Positions 62,640 through 64,000 of a stretch of DNA of 64,000 nt are shown here, one piece after another. Under the pieces are notes generated by a model. It worked only from the letters and a program-made list of their open reading frames with translations, was not told where the DNA came from and ran no database searches. Made by a program: the position numbers and the translations under genes. This DNA comes from Stegostoma tigrinum. Its lineage: Eukaryota. The DNA lies in NCBI RefSeq assembly GCF_030684315.1, contig NC_081397.1:12610421-12674420 (forward strand), written 5' to 3'. Every line of letters starts with the position of its first letter. The stretch's first letter is position 1.

Positions 62640-64000
62640 AGAAACATACAGCATGGAAGGATGACCTTCGGTACAACTAGTCCACACCGATCGTATTCTC
62701 AAGCTAAACTGGTCCCTCCTGCCGCAATTCACCCTTTTCTCTCCAAACATTTCCTCTTCATGGACTTGTCCAAATGCCGTTTAAATTCACTTTTAAACAT
62801 ATTTCCATCACTTCCTCTGGTGGTTAGTTCCACACATGAACCACTCTCTGCAGAAAAAATGTTGGCCCCATCTCCCTTCAAAACATTCTCCCCTCACCTT
62901 AAAAATATGCCCTCTAGTTATGAACTTCCCTAGTGTAGGGAAAATACTCATGTTATTTTCCTTATATATGCCCCTCATGATTTTACAAACCTCTATTAGG
63001 TCACCTCTCAACTCCCTATTCTCCAGTGAAAAATGCTCCAGCCTCTCCAGCCTATTTTCAGGTATGACACCCTCTGTTTCTGGCAACATCCTGGTAAATC
63101 TTTCCTGAACACTCTCTAGTTTAAAACAGAACAACCAGAACTGCACACTGTACTGCAGAATGGGACTCACCGATGTCCTATACAACCTAACATGGTGCCC
63201 CAACTGCTATACTCACTGGTCTGAGCAATGAAGGCAAACATGCTCCTTCTTAACCACCCTGTCTGTATGTGACACAAATTTCAAAGAAATATGTTCCTGA
63301 ACCCCTCGGTCCCTCTGTTCTACAACTGCACTCAGGGTCACACCATTAATTGTATAAGTCCTGCCCATGTTTGTTTCATCAAAATGTAATATCTCACATT
63401 TATCCAAATTAAACTGCATCTGCCACATGATCCAATTGATCAAGATCTCTTTGTAATCTGCAGTCTCTCCCTGAGACCAACCACAGCTACGATCTGATCT
63501 CACATGCCATATTTTCATAGCCACTGCATTATTTCAGACAGAATGTTTTTCAACCAACAAGTTGATCAAATGTACATTTCCATGCAGAGCTTCATGATTA
63601 GGATGATCAGAAATTTGTCAGCCTCTACCTTAAACATATAGGGAGATGAAATGGCTCTAGCCCCCTGCAGGTCCAGAATTCTAAAGGATCACAATGCATT
63701 AAGCAAAACAAAATAAATCCTTACCTGAGACCTAATACCCATTTACTTTAAAATTCTGCCTGGTTCTAGTGTCCTGTATGCAGGAAACATTAAACCTGTA
63801 TCTGCTATGTCTCTCCCTTTAGGGACAGTATTTTCAATGATATTATTGCTCATCCATCAAATCCCTTGAGTGTACAGACCCAGTTTGCCCGCTGTCTCTT
63901 CATAGGATATTGCCATCATCCCAGGGACAAGTCTCGTGAATCTTTATGGCCCACTGTACATGGGAATAACACCTTGACTGAGATAAGGAGACCCAGGCTA
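62640..64000 (-). mobile_element. Two CR1 3' fragments (~62640-63430 and ~63590-end)
   Basis: WQMQFNLDKCEILHF and LRGDLIEV.KIMRG; second, more degenerate copy runs to the window end. Confidence 0.75.

Overview
Repeat-rich vertebrate genomic DNA, almost certainly an elasmobranch (shark/ray), inferred from HE1-type V-SINEs, Deu-domain SINE remnants and abundant CR1 LINEs. Clear genes: replication-dependent histones H2A (29957-30349, -) and H2B (32733-33113, -), each with promoter, 3' stem-loop and HDE, and a 5-finger C2H2 ZNF exon (24564-25034, +) with a likely CpG promoter and non-coding exons upstream. Much of the rest is CR1 fragments (one full-length, inactivated copy at 38329-42826 with a 111-bp monomer array), Penelope-like elements including many short palindromic copies with 13-16 bp flanking duplications and minimal hammerhead cores, solo LTRs and SINEs. 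There is an assembly gap at 43687-45001. The most notable signal is mostly missed by the ORF track: small phase-1 exons with hallmarks of leukocyte receptor complex (LRC)-type Ig receptors (LILR/OSCAR/FCAR-like). On + there is a stalk exon, an Arg-containing TM exon and a short tail exon (45293-46657). On - there is a 36-nt leader mini-exon (56567-56602), a 120-nt TM exon (52745-52864) and a tail exon where a 42-bp duplication can create an ITAM-like pair. Several decayed Ig-like exons and an ~8-9 kb-period segmental duplication accompany them. All family assignments are by eye, with no database search; TE boundaries are approximate.
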